A DNA stretch of 64,000 nucleotides from an uncultured Candidatus Bathyarchaeia archaeon (GCA_964603675.1 CAZRVS010000006.1:19587-83586), one strand, 5' to 3'; counted from the first letter of the stretch, positions 19,499-29,823 are shown. The notes: generated by a model from the sequence alone, not told the origin. Numbers and translations: made by a program.

Positions 19499-21094
19499 TT
19501 ATTTTGGCTCCTTGCGCACTTTTTTGCGATATGCTCTCCAAGTGATTGCCCATCGTGAAGGGGCATCCAACGGCGCGTGATCAATTTTGTGCACAGTGCT
19601 GTTATGAGGTGCTGTTTTAACGAGTTCAGGATTAACGTATGCCTCTTCGGCTATGTGCCTAATTATTTCGATGTATTCGTCAATGTCTGCCTTGGAGTAT
19701 GATTCTGTAGGTTCAAGGGTGCAAGGCTCAGGAACTATCCACGGGTGATGGCTAGTCCAGTAATGGACACCAAAGTCCGCAGCTCTAAGCCCAATTTCTT
19801 CGGAGTGAACTCCAGTGTCCCTTGCCAGTTTCTCCCAGCTATACCTCACTTGCTCAATGCGACGTTTGCCTTTGGCATAAGGTGCGCTTGCTCCAAGTAT
19901 CTCCAATATCTTCTTCAGCAAATAGTTGTTGTTGAGAACAGCGATATCGGAAACTTCTCTCAGTCCTTCTGCGCCGAGACTCATAACCCACGCATATGCC
20001 TTCAGCACGACTGGTGCGACCCCATAAAAGGATCTTACTTTTCCAATGCTTGCTGGCCTATCATAGTTTAAATGATACTTTTTGCCATCGAACTCGATAA
20101 CTGGAATTGGCAAGAATTTCGCAAGTTCTTTTGTGGCACCAATGGCACCTACTGCGGGTCCACCACATCCGTGGGGCGATGAGAAGGTCTTATGCAAGTT
20201 AAAATGGCACAGGTCAAAGCCAGCTTCTCTTGCCCTAGTTATGCCCAATATTCCGTTAGCGTTTGCTTGGTCATAAACGCATATTCCCCCCGCTTCATGA
20301 ACGATCTTGACGAATTCCTCAATTTTCGGGTTAAAAATTCCCGTGTCCTCTGGGTTAGTTATCATCAGTCCAGCCGTACGTTTCGAGGTCGCTGTCTTCA
20401 ATCCCTCAAGGTCAGGATAACCATCTTCATCTGGATAGAGGGTAACAACCTTAAAGCCTGCGGTTTTAGCGCATGCCGCGTTGGAAGGATGAGAGAATAT
20501 CGTAGTGATTATCTCATTTCTTTGGGATAGTTCCTCCCGAGATGCGTGGTAAGCTCTTATGATTGATGCGTTTGCATATATTGCTTGGGAACCCGCGCCG
20601 GGTTGAAGTGAAAACTGGTCCATCCCTGAAATTGCTTTGAGGATTTGCTCGAACTTGTACATTACCTCCAGTATTCCTTGGACGGTATCTTCGTCTTGTA
20701 GTGGATGAATTTCCGTCATCTGGGGCAGTCTGGCTAGCTGCTCGTTGATCTTAGGGCTGTATTTCATTGTGCAAGTTCCTTGGCCCACATCAATGTTCAG
20801 ATCTGTTCCCAAGGTTTCCTGTGATAGCCTTATGTAGTGCCTTAACACTCGTGGTTGCGAAATTTCTGGCAGTTTAGGCATTTGTCTTCGACGCATCTTT
20901 TCAGGTATGGTTGAAATAACATCGTCAACTTCGTTTTTTATTTCATCCTCAACTTCTGGTACGAGGATTCCTCTCTCTCCTTCTTCGCTTAGTTCAAAAA
21001 TTATCGGTTCGTCCCATTTAGCTTGATGAAAACGCCTTAAGTTTGGTTTTCCACTAGTATATCTTTTCTTGGTTACGTCTTCCATTTTACTCAA
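19499..21094 (-). CDS. gcvPB: glycine dehydrogenase (decarboxylating) subunit 2
   Basis: Typical P-protein C-terminal-half sequence, with the PLP lysine context NLHKTFSSPHGCGGP. It overlaps gcvPA by 8 nt. Confidence 0.93.
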   Translation of the reverse strand: MSKMEDVTKKRYTSGKPNLRRFHQAKWDEPIIFELSEEGERGILVPEVEDEIKNEVDDVISTIPEKMRRRQMPKLPEISQPRVLRHYIRLSQETLGTDLNIDVGQGTCTMKYSPKINEQLARLPQMTEIHPLQDEDTVQGILEVMYKFEQILKAISGMDQFSLQPGAGSQAIYANASIIRAYHASREELSQRNEIITTIFSHPSNAACAKTAGFKVVTLYPDEDGYPDLEGLKTATSKRTAGLMITNPEDTGIFNPKIEEFVKIVHEAGGICVYDQANANGILGITRAREAGFDLCHFNLHKTFSSPHGCGGPAVGAIGATKELAKFLPIPVIEFDGKKYHLNYDRPASIGKVRSFYGVAPVVLKAYAWVMSLGAEGLREVSDIAVLNNNYLLKKILEILGASAPYAKGKRRIEQVRYSWEKLARDTGVHSEEIGLRAADFGVHYWTSHHPWIVPEPCTLEPTESYSKADIDEYIEIIRHIAEEAYVNPELVKTAPHNSTVHKIDHAPLDAPSRWAITWRAYRKKVRKEPK

Positions 21095-22505
21095 CCGCCT
21101 CCCTTAGTGCACTGGCTAAACTGTCAATGCCGTCTTTGCTGTGAATTTCGGTGACGCAGTACAGTGCGCTATTTCCCAGTTCTGGAAATCCTTTTATCAG
21201 ATCTTTTCCACCGAAAATTTTCTGTTTTAGAAGCTCCTTGTTAATTTCTGCAACAGTCTTGTCAGTTTTATCAAAGTTCACGACGAATTCTTTGAAGTGT
21301 GTCGCCTTGAAAGCAGGGCATTTGATGCCGGCTATTTTGGATATTTGCCGCATAGCGTAATGTGACCTTTGCATTATGCCTTCGCCGATTTCCCACATAC
21401 CTTGAGGACCCATGAGCGATAGGTAGACGCCGGCTGTTATGCCCATTAAAGCGGCTGCTGTGCCTACGAATTCTTTGCCTTCTTCCCTTAAAGCGAAAGA
21501 GGTTCTCTTGTAAGCTACGTCACCGAATCCATATTCTCCTCCAACCGAAGTCGGAGCTATCCCAAAAAGTCTAGAAGGATATTCCATCACGTACTTTTCT
21601 TCATCACGGGTGGCTATGAAACCAGCATGTCCACCTCCAAATTGCATGTGCATACCGAGTGGCTGTAAATCGCCACACACTATATCAGCGCCATAATCTA
21701 CTGGAGGGTTCAAAATTCCAAGGGAGATCGGATCGACGCCAACGACGCACAAGGCTCCTTGGTCATGGGCAATTCTGGAAATTTCAGCTCCATCAGCCTC
21801 GATAAAGCCGAGGTACGATGGATTCTTAAAATAGACAGCGGCGGTCTTTGAGGAGACCTTGAGTTTCAGGGAATCATGGTTTAATTGTCCTGTTTCGGAG
21901 TGGTAGTCTACCAACTTTACATTTATGTTAGGTTTGCAATAGTCTCTGATTTTTGACAATTCATCGCTGCCAATTGTTTTAGAAACTAACACTTCATAGC
22001 GTCCTGTAATTCTTGATGCCATACGAATAGAAGTAGCTGCTGCTTGAAAGCCATCATATGTTGGAACATTGACAACATCCATGTTTAGAAGTTCACCCAT
22101 CATACTGGCGTACTCGAAAAGAGCTTGAAACCGTCCATGATCGTCGTAAGGCTCGCCTGCGTACGCTGTTAGAAACTCACCCCGCTGATTTACTTCATCA
22201 CATACGGCCGGAACATAGTGTTGCCAACATCCAGCTCCCAAAAAACTGAGGTAATCTTCGCATGTCTTGTTCTTTGATAGAATTCCTTCCACGTGCCTTC
22301 TCAGAGAACATTCGGACAGGAAGGGGTTGGGCAAATCCAAGCTTCTTTTGACTCGGAGTTTGCCAGGGACATCCTCGAAGAATTCATCCACGCTTTTGGC
22401 CTTAACTTCTTTGAGTATCTGATTTTTTACCGCTGGTACAGAATTTGGGATGTATGGATAAACAATCGATTTCTTCTTGTTCATATACGCCATTCCTTTC
22501 TTCAT
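21087..22505 (-). CDS. gcvPA: glycine dehydrogenase (decarboxylating) subunit 1
   Basis: YIPNS ... FLGAG ... EYASMMGEL pattern of P-protein subunit 1. The start could instead be the internal Met at MNKKKS. Confidence 0.93.
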   Translation of the reverse strand: MKKGMAYMNKKKSIVYPYIPNSVPAVKNQILKEVKAKSVDEFFEDVPGKLRVKRSLDLPNPFLSECSLRRHVEGILSKNKTCEDYLSFLGAGCWQHYVPAVCDEVNQRGEFLTAYAGEPYDDHGRFQALFEYASMMGELLNMDVVNVPTYDGFQAAATSIRMASRITGRYEVLVSKTIGSDELSKIRDYCKPNINVKLVDYHSETGQLNHDSLKLKVSSKTAAVYFKNPSYLGFIEADGAEISRIAHDQGALCVVGVDPISLGILNPPVDYGADIVCGDLQPLGMHMQFGGGHAGFIATRDEEKYVMEYPSRLFGIAPTSVGGEYGFGDVAYKRTSFALREEGKEFVGTAAALMGITAGVYLSLMGPQGMWEIGEGIMQRSHYAMRQISKIAGIKCPAFKATHFKEFVVNFDKTDKTVAEINKELLKQKIFGGKDLIKGFPELGNSALYCVTEIHSKDGIDSLASALREAVE

Positions 22506-22664
22506 TTTTGTAAGATCAGTGCCATCGCACTGTTCTAATCAAGTTCGACAAAATCAAACTGGCGCATTTGATATATATTTATGATGCCCACTTGATTGAA
22601 TTTAGGATTCTTTCATAAGTTATAAAAATGATCGAGTGTCACTTACATAAAGTGGTGGCTATAA

Positions 22665-24011
22665 ATGAAGAAATGGTATTTGATCTGCTCGGTACTTGTT
22701 CTTGTGATAGTATTCGAATCGATAGCTCTTCTAAATCTAAATGAGATGTACAATTCACTAGCTTCAGACCATGCTTCGTTCAAGATGGAGTATGAAGCCT
22801 TAAAGCTAACATATGAAAACTTGTCCATGAACTATAGCGATTTGGAGACAAACTATACGAGGCTGAAATTGCAATATGATTGTCTTCAGATTGATTTTGC
22901 GGTGTTGCAATCAAACTATAGCGTTCTAGAAGCAAAATATACCGCAATAGCAACTAACGATAGCGACGTAAGAACACTTTACTATAATTTGTCTATTCAA
23001 TTTGAAGAACTGAAAGACAATTACACTACTCTGAAAAATCAGTATAACCAATTGATTTATGGCTACACAGTTTTAGAAAACGAGTTTAATGAGTTGAAGA
23101 CAAACTACAGTCTCTCACAAGCAATGTACCATGATCTTCAAGAAAATTATACTGACTTAGAAGTTCGGTACAGTTCCCTACAGTCAGACTTCACGTCCTT
23201 ACAAACTCAGTATCAAACTCTTCAAAGCCAGTATAACTTGTTGCTTTCAGACTACTCAACTCTTGAAGAAAGTCACAAAACACTTGAAACTCAATACAAC
23301 TCGTTGCAGGAATTGTACAATGATTTGCAGATTGAGTACGATCGTTATGTAACTGCGTATCAAAATCTGCGGAATATAATAAATCAAAGATCGCTCAAGA
23401 CAGATATAGAATCCTTCATAACACCCCAAAACCCAGACGTAATATCCATTGTATATAACATAACAGGAGGATGGAGCAACTCTTCTGACTGGAACGAATA
23501 TTGGAGTGATGTCAAGACAATGTATATGTGGATTAGAAACAACGTGAAATACAGGTACGACGGATTATATCCCATTCTTCCATCTGATCCAGCAGGTAGT
23601 TTACAGCATTGGGATGAAATGTGGCAGTTTCCAAATGAAACGCTGAGTTTGAGGAAAGGGGATTGTGAAGATCAAGCAATACTTCTTTGTTCTATGATAA
23701 GATGCTACTGCGGCATACAATACCAAGTCGAGTGTATCTGGATAACCAGTACTGAGTCAGGACACGTAGGAGTTCAAATTCCTGTCACGGAGCATAAACT
23801 GGTAATATTCGACCCTGCAGGAGGCTACTACAGCAGTGACGCTTGGGGGAACATAGTTTTCAATGATATTGCCGTAGGGATTAATAACTGGTTGAATTAC
23901 TGGAAACCGATAATGGGAAACGATGTTTACGTTTATCGAGTCTTTTCTGACTATATCGACAAATACTTCACATCAACAAATGAATACATAACATGGATGT
24001 ATAGTAGATAA
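22665..24011 (+). CDS. membrane-anchored protein with a Leu/Tyr heptad stalk and a C-terminal transglutaminase-like cysteine protease domain
   Basis: An N-terminal TM helix is followed by about 27 heptads of the form L-x3-Y-x2, with many NYS/NYT sequons. The C-terminal domain carries GDCEDQAILLCSMI, SGHVGVQ and IFDPAGG (Cys-His-Asp core). Confidence 0.75.
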   Translation: MKKWYLICSVLVLVIVFESIALLNLNEMYNSLASDHASFKMEYEALKLTYENLSMNYSDLETNYTRLKLQYDCLQIDFAVLQSNYSVLEAKYTAIATNDSDVRTLYYNLSIQFEELKDNYTTLKNQYNQLIYGYTVLENEFNELKTNYSLSQAMYHDLQENYTDLEVRYSSLQSDFTSLQTQYQTLQSQYNLLLSDYSTLEESHKTLETQYNSLQELYNDLQIEYDRYVTAYQNLRNIINQRSLKTDIESFITPQNPDVISIVYNITGGWSNSSDWNEYWSDVKTMYMWIRNNVKYRYDGLYPILPSDPAGSLQHWDEMWQFPNETLSLRKGDCEDQAILLCSMIRCYCGIQYQVECIWITSTESGHVGVQIPVTEHKLVIFDPAGGYYSSDAWGNIVFNDIAVGINNWLNYWKPIMGNDVYVYRVFSDYIDKYFTSTNEYITWMYSR

Positions 24012-24136
24012 AGACTCAACTTTGATCACGCGCGCGTTCGACAATGCTTCATTTCTAATGATACTATGAAGAAGCATACTTGTTATATACTGTGGCATTT
24101 TGAAGTGTACTATCAAAACTGAGAGAAAACAGACGC

Positions 24137-24757
24137 ATGGACTTCAATTTTCTGATTAACGGGATCATTCTCGGCTTTTCAATTGCCGCACCCATAGGGC
24201 CAATTGGCGTGCTGTGCATGAGGCGCACGTTAGCCGAAGGACGAGCTTATGGGTTAATTTCTGGATTAGGCGCTGCCACTGCCGACGCCATCTATGGCAG
24301 TATCGCCGGATTTGGACTAACCTTCATCTCAAATTTCTTGATCAGTCAACAAGTGTGCCTACGTGTTATAGGGGGCATTTTTCTGTGTTTTCTGGGCGTG
24401 AGAACTTTCCTATCTAAACCAGCTGAACAGGCAACCTCATTAAAGGAAATAGGATTAATCAACGCTTACACTTCCACATTTCTCCTAACTCTCACAAATC
24501 CAGTGACCATACTCTTCTTTCTAGGCATCTTCGCTGGACTAGGCGTAGGAAGCACGAGTGGAAACTATGCGTCTGCAGCAACCTTAATCCTTGGAGTGTT
24601 TACCGGCTCAGCCTTATGGTGGCTTGCACTAACCGAAAGTGTCAACTTGTTCAGAAGAAAGTTCACTCCCGCCAGATTGCGGTGGGTAAACAGGATTTCC
24701 GGAGTAATTATTGCAGCGTTCGGCGCGATGGCCCTCCTAAGCCTAACAGCTATCTGA
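24137..24757 (+). CDS. LysE/RhtB family amino acid exporter
   Basis: Six hydrophobic segments and an N-terminal PIGPIG motif. Confidence 0.85.
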   Translation: MDFNFLINGIILGFSIAAPIGPIGVLCMRRTLAEGRAYGLISGLGAATADAIYGSIAGFGLTFISNFLISQQVCLRVIGGIFLCFLGVRTFLSKPAEQATSLKEIGLINAYTSTFLLTLTNPVTILFFLGIFAGLGVGSTSGNYASAATLILGVFTGSALWWLALTESVNLFRRKFTPARLRWVNRISGVIIAAFGAMALLSLTAI

Positions 24758-24782
24758 ATTGCCATTGTCTATGAACATATCA

Positions 24783-26126
24783 TTAAATCGCATATTTTTT
24801 ACATTTCTCGGTAAGCGTCACTGGAGTTTTCAGGTCTCTCATGAACTTGGCGAATAATTCTGCATTTTCCGTGTGGACTGGGAAAATCTTTGCAGCGTTT
24901 ATTTCCCTGAGTGCCGTTTTCAGTTGTAGGGGCATTATGTGTCCAGAAACATGCACATGGTACTGCGGCAAGCCATAATGCCTAAGCCAGTTAACAAGCC
25001 GTTCAAAGTCAATCTCCATCTCCTCATTGAAGGGTTCAGATGCAGATAAGACGTAGCAACTACCTGCCGTTGGTTGCAGCGTTACGAGTTCTTCAAAATC
25101 ATAAAAAGATATGGTTAAGACCACTTTGCACTGTCGCTTCGAAACTTCGAACACATCGAGAATTTTGTCTTTACTCGCGTATCGTTCAATTATTTGTCTT
25201 TCCCATTTGTCATATTTTTTCTTCGATTTTCGAAACACCAAAATATCCTCGTCGTTTAAGTCCGGAACCGTTAAGCCCCTATCCCTACGCAAGGCATCCA
25301 GCAAATAAGCTTGTTTCAGTGAAACAGCTAAGCACCGCCTATTTTTCTTGGCGATTCGATAGAAGGAATTCAAACGGTCAACATCTGAATAGGAGAACTC
25401 TGCAAGCACTATACCGTCTGTCTGTGCGATAATGCTGTTCAACTTGCTCTCAACTTCATCCTCAGAAGATACAGACGCACCAGTCATGTTCGTGGCTTCA
25501 GTAACAACCACCACAGGGTCTGTTTCCTTCGCCTTTTCTACAAAATCACGAGTCATCTGAGGTTTGGCACCATGCTCTCTAAAATCGCCTGTATACACAA
25601 CAGCTCCATTCGAAGTGTAAATGACAAAGCCATAAGCGCCAGGGATTGAGTGGTCAACGTGAACGGGCTCAATTTCCAAATTGCCAATGATAATCTTATC
25701 ACCAGTTCTGAAAGCCTTGAACGCTATATCTTCAACGTTAAACTCTAAATCTGCTCGATGAGTTTCGTCTAGCGCTTGCAAAATGATTTTGGTGGTTTCG
25801 CCGCAGTACACGGGAATTTCCCGTTTTACGAAAGACAAGTAAGCGGAATGATCCAAATGTCCGTGGGAAATAAAAACAGCGTCAATCTTAGGAGAGCATG
25901 CGTCAAACTTGTAGATGCCCTCAATTTTTGGCAGAATTCCGAGCTCCTGCAAACTCCTTTCGCTTTTAGGCGAAAGAAACGGTGGCGAGTAAAATTGTTT
26001 TTTCATGGCAAAGGACATGCCGAAATCAAAGAAAACTCGAGTATCACCGTCTTGCAGCAAAATTTTGTTTCCGCCAATCTCGTTTACTCCACCATAAAAG
26101 GTCAGCGTTGTTTTATTCTTCACCAT
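24783..26126 (-). CDS. metallo-beta-lactamase/beta-CASP ribonuclease, aRNase J-like
   Basis: LTFYGGVNEIGGNKILL and ISHGHLDHSAYL (HxHxDH). The start is placed at ATG 26126, preceded by GGTGA and 5 nt after the upstream stop. The longer track ORF overlaps the upstream gene. Confidence 0.75.
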   Translation of the reverse strand: MVKNKTTLTFYGGVNEIGGNKILLQDGDTRVFFDFGMSFAMKKQFYSPPFLSPKSERSLQELGILPKIEGIYKFDACSPKIDAVFISHGHLDHSAYLSFVKREIPVYCGETTKIILQALDETHRADLEFNVEDIAFKAFRTGDKIIIGNLEIEPVHVDHSIPGAYGFVIYTSNGAVVYTGDFREHGAKPQMTRDFVEKAKETDPVVVVTEATNMTGASVSSEDEVESKLNSIIAQTDGIVLAEFSYSDVDRLNSFYRIAKKNRRCLAVSLKQAYLLDALRRDRGLTVPDLNDEDILVFRKSKKKYDKWERQIIERYASKDKILDVFEVSKRQCKVVLTISFYDFEELVTLQPTAGSCYVLSASEPFNEEMEIDFERLVNWLRHYGLPQYHVHVSGHIMPLQLKTALREINAAKIFPVHTENAELFAKFMRDLKTPVTLTEKCKKYAI

Positions 26127-26131
26127 AATTT

Positions 26132-27865
26132 TCACCGAACTGTTTCCGTGTTTCGGCAGACGTTTGAGATGGCAAACATAATAAGTGGAAAAGTGAAGAC
26201 GCTGAAAACTCTCGTGTACTTTGCGTTTCCAGCCTTCTTGATGACATTGATGTCCCCACCAGCGTTTAAATAACCACTGACGAAAGCTTTCGCAATGAGC
26301 TCTGCTTGCCGATTGCCATACAATGGCGGAAGATAGTGCCCAGAGTAGTACAAGAATTCGGCAACATCCCAAACTTTGTCGCCGCTTCTCGAGGCCTGTT
26401 CAAAATCCAAAAAATATACCTCTCCGTTTTTGTCGACCATAACGTTTTCTGGTTTTGTATCCCCCAAGGAAACGTTGATGGCGTGTATTTTAGCAAATAT
26501 TTCGCCCACCTTCATTAGGATGTTCAATTCTTTCTCTACTTTATCTTTGCTCCTCAATTTTGCGATTCGCTTAATAGCCTTATCAAGGCTTTCCCCCTCA
26601 ATATACTCCATAAAAAGTAGACGCTCATTGTGGCTTACAAACAAAATCTTTGGGACATTGAACCCTTGAGAAAGCAAAACTTCGTTTATGGCACATTCCC
26701 TTTCGAGCCTAGATCGGCCTAAGACAGTAAACGTCCGAGCCCCAATGGACCATAATGTGAGCGGAAACCATTTGAAACTCGACCAGTCTTTGAAACGTTT
26801 AACCAATGCTTTTTTTTCTGTGCTATCCGAAAAAGTCTTAATCAAGTAGACATCGTTCAAAACTCCACCAATTTCCTCAATTTCAACCTTTGAACCTTTG
26901 CCAGCCGAAAGTACTTTTCGCGCAAAGGCTTCGATGTCCATCTTTTCTGCCAGAGAGATAAGGCCACGCGCAGTGGGAACGTACAAGTATTTTTGGGGAT
27001 CCGCCAAGTGTCTATTGACGTCTCTTTCCCTTTTGCTCGTAGAATTTTGAAACCTAAGAAATGCTTCCGTGTTCTGCGAAAAGAAATTCAGCATTTGCGG
27101 AAAAATTGCGAGTAAAGAGGTAAATAGGGTTCTAGGCGCGCTTTTTGAAATGTTTATGAAGCGGACTCTGGGGTTTCGGTTTTCTTCCACAAATTTCTTG
27201 GGAATCCTCACGTAACCTTTTGAAACTTCAATCTTACCTTCTGTTTCAAGCTGCTTCAAGGCTTCCAAATATCCACGGAGGACAAATTCTGCTTTCTTTT
27301 CTCGTTCGCTACCATGCATAAAATTTGACAAGCTGTAGGCCAGTGGCGGAAAAACACGAACTCTGTTCAGCATTGCCTCGTACATGAAGTATTGAGGTTC
27401 AATGTGAATTTCGTAGGATAGTTCTGGAAAACTCAAAACAATGTTTTCCAGCAGTTCTAGAGCCAAGCGTTTTTTCAGCTTAACTTCTTGTACGTGCAAG
27501 TAGTTCTCGTTCAGTAATGTTATGTAGGGAAAAATTAGTACGCCAGCTAAGGCTTCACCTAAAAATCCTCGTTCAACATCCCTTTCAAAAACCCATTTAT
27601 CAACAGCGAAAACAACCACATTTCTTTCGTCAACAACTTTTACGTAATTCATCAACCTAGGCTGAAAATCGCGAATCACCAGCAAAACTTCTATTGTCGT
27701 GTATGTTTCCAGTACTCCCAAAGTACAACCACCACATAGAGACGCTGCTGTAATTTCAGAAGAGCCAGCAATATGCCTACAAAAATCAAGAATTTGCGTA
27801 GACACGTTCTCGTTTACGTGCTTTGAATATTGGATCAAAGTTTCACCTTGAATGTTAGCAACCAT
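26132..27865 (-). CDS. fusion protein: uncharacterised N-terminal domain plus a C-terminal RIO/Bud32/Kdo-kinase-like protein kinase fold
   Basis: The C-terminus has LLFMEYIEGESL and LGDTKPENVMVDKNGEVYFLDFEQA (catalytic loop and DFE metal-binding motif). The first ~300 aa were not recognised. Confidence 0.65.
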   Translation of the reverse strand: MVANIQGETLIQYSKHVNENVSTQILDFCRHIAGSSEITAASLCGGCTLGVLETYTTIEVLLVIRDFQPRLMNYVKVVDERNVVVFAVDKWVFERDVERGFLGEALAGVLIFPYITLLNENYLHVQEVKLKKRLALELLENIVLSFPELSYEIHIEPQYFMYEAMLNRVRVFPPLAYSLSNFMHGSEREKKAEFVLRGYLEALKQLETEGKIEVSKGYVRIPKKFVEENRNPRVRFINISKSAPRTLFTSLLAIFPQMLNFFSQNTEAFLRFQNSTSKRERDVNRHLADPQKYLYVPTARGLISLAEKMDIEAFARKVLSAGKGSKVEIEEIGGVLNDVYLIKTFSDSTEKKALVKRFKDWSSFKWFPLTLWSIGARTFTVLGRSRLERECAINEVLLSQGFNVPKILFVSHNERLLFMEYIEGESLDKAIKRIAKLRSKDKVEKELNILMKVGEIFAKIHAINVSLGDTKPENVMVDKNGEVYFLDFEQASRSGDKVWDVAEFLYYSGHYLPPLYGNRQAELIAKAFVSGYLNAGGDINVIKKAGNAKYTRVFSVFTFPLIMFAISNVCRNTETVR

Positions 27866-27916
27866 TAATAGAATTTACAGATCTACAAAATATAGTTACC
27901 GCGTGCTTGCAAAAGC

Positions 27917-28779
27917 TCATGTGTTCGGCAGATATAGTTCTCCTTTTGAAATAATCACCGCGTTGCCAATTAAATCTACCCTACCACTTTTTGGATGCAA
28001 ACACACAGTAAGCGTACCGCCTCGTTGCGATGCCTGATAGGCCAACATTTCCTTTTTCCTAGTATTTTTGACCAGTATAGAGCTAATACCGTGTGGGCTG
28101 ATCCAGTCACGGGATCTTCATTTATGCCAATTCGCGGGGCAAAAAAACGGGACACGAAATCGTAAGGTGGGCGACTTCTCGAAGTTACAATGACGCCCTT
28201 GATTTCTTTCTTTGTTGGCACTGTCTTCATTATTTCAAAATTTGGTTTTAAATTTCTCACCGCATTTTCATCTGGCAAACTAATCAAAAGCAAACCTGTT
28301 CTTCCAACATATTTTGCTTCTTTGAATATTGCAATGCCCATCGCGTCAAGAAGCCCTTGATCGGGATTAAGGGGGACAGACTGTTCCCCTGGAAAATCAA
28401 GAGCTATGCCATCTTTGTCTCTTCTAGCAATTAATTTTCCGCTTTTTGTTTCAAAAATCACTTCATCCCTTGAAATATTGATAGCGTAAAATAAAACAGC
28501 CGCAGTAGCAAGAGTTGCATGGCCACAGAGAAGCATTTCCACCTTTGGGGTGAACCAGCGCAAAGAAAAGGTTTTTGATTCTTTTAGGGGCTTTTCCTCA
28601 AGACTGTAGAAAAAAGCTGTTTCAGATAGATTCATCTCGGCCGCAATAGACTGCAGAACATGCGTTGCTACTGGGCGTTTTAGGACACAAACGGCCGCGG
28701 GATTACCTTTAAACGGTTCGTCGGTAAAAGCATCTACAAGGTAGATTGGAATTCTGTTGTTATTATTTTCTTTTTTCAA
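27917..28779 (-). pseudogene. PhzF family isomerase interrupted by a 1-nt frameshift at an A5 run
   Basis: IPIYLVDAFTDEPFKGNPAAVCVL ... GSAHTVLALYWSKILGK continues in another frame as KEMLAYQASQRGGTLTVCLHPKSGRVDLIGNAVIISKGELYL. The break is at T5, 28053-28057 on the plus strand. Confidence 0.8.
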
Positions 28780-29037
28780 CCCATCACCTTTCTACAGGTT
28801 AATTTTGCCCTTCTTCACAAACCGCTTGTCCAAACCTTTCAATTATGCTACTGTGAATTCTAAGGTTTTTAAGGCTTTAGCAGCGTTCAACGCGAATTGT
28901 AGGGAGATCTACTTGTACTGTCAAGAACTTGTTTCTTCGAGAGAAGACACAGATACGCATCAACTCCCGAATTTTTCAACCTCTGTCAAAGAAATGCTTG
29001 CCCGATCAATGTTCACGAGATTAACCATGTGATTGCG

Positions 29038-29823
29038 TTATTTTTGCGTTTCTTTCATATATACTATTGCTGCAAGTAGAGAGAAAACCAGAGCGAACAC
29101 TACTATATCTATGAACATTGTGGGCGTGAAAGGTGGGTTTCCTAACAGGAAAGCTCTGGTTATATCAGCTCCACAACTTAAAGGGTTGTATTGTGCTATT
29201 ACTACAAGAGGCTGCGGCAAGGCGCTTTGTATCAAGTTTATTGGATAAAACACGGTGCTGCAGAAAAAAAGCAGGTAGTACACCGCGCTTCTGGCAGTTA
29301 TATATTTCTCGAAGCTTGTCGTTGAGGTCGCGAACACTATGCTTAATCCTGAAGTTCCTAGAGACATCAAAAACAATGATACAATGACTAACAACAATTG
29401 CAGAGGAGATGGAACAATTCTTGCGTACATGCATGTTATGGTAAGTGTCGTTAAGAATAGAGGAGCCATGTAGACAATGCCCCTCATGCCTCCTGCTAAT
29501 ACTCTTCCAAAAGCCAATTCCCACCTTTTCACTGGCAAACTCAACATGTAATGCGAAATTTCGCGTCTAACTTCCATGTTTATCTCTCTTCCAATCATGA
29601 ACGCAGCCGCGAACAGAGCTGTAATTGTCAGACCTGGAGCAAAGAAAACGAAGTATGAAATGTAGTCCTTCGTGATTTCCGGATTGACCATCCCTGTGTA
29701 AACTACCGCCATTATGAACAAGTCCGCAAGGTTCATGCTTATCATTCCAGCCAGCCACCACTTATATCGGAAGAAATAACTGAAATCCCTCTCTACGATG
29801 TGCATTATTGCCCTTATTGCCAA
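29038..29823 (-). CDS. ABC-2 type transporter permease
   Basis: Six-TM protein whose start overlaps the upstream permease gene. Confidence 0.8.
   Translation of the reverse strand: MAIRAIMHIVERDFSYFFRYKWWLAGMISMNLADLFIMAVVYTGMVNPEITKDYISYFVFFAPGLTITALFAAAFMIGREINMEVRREISHYMLSLPVKRWELAFGRVLAGGMRGIVYMAPLFLTTLTITCMYARIVPSPLQLLLVIVSLFLMSLGTSGLSIVFATSTTSFEKYITARSAVYYLLFFCSTVFYPINLIQSALPQPLVVIAQYNPLSCGADITRAFLLGNPPFTPTMFIDIVVFALVFSLLAAIVYMKETQK

Noticed and set aside
26127-26372. 82-residue N-terminal extension of the RNase J-like ORF
   Set aside because: It overlaps the 3' end of the upstream kinase-fusion gene and has a Cys/Trp/His-rich non-protein-like composition. The homologous region begins at MVKNKTTLTFYGG.
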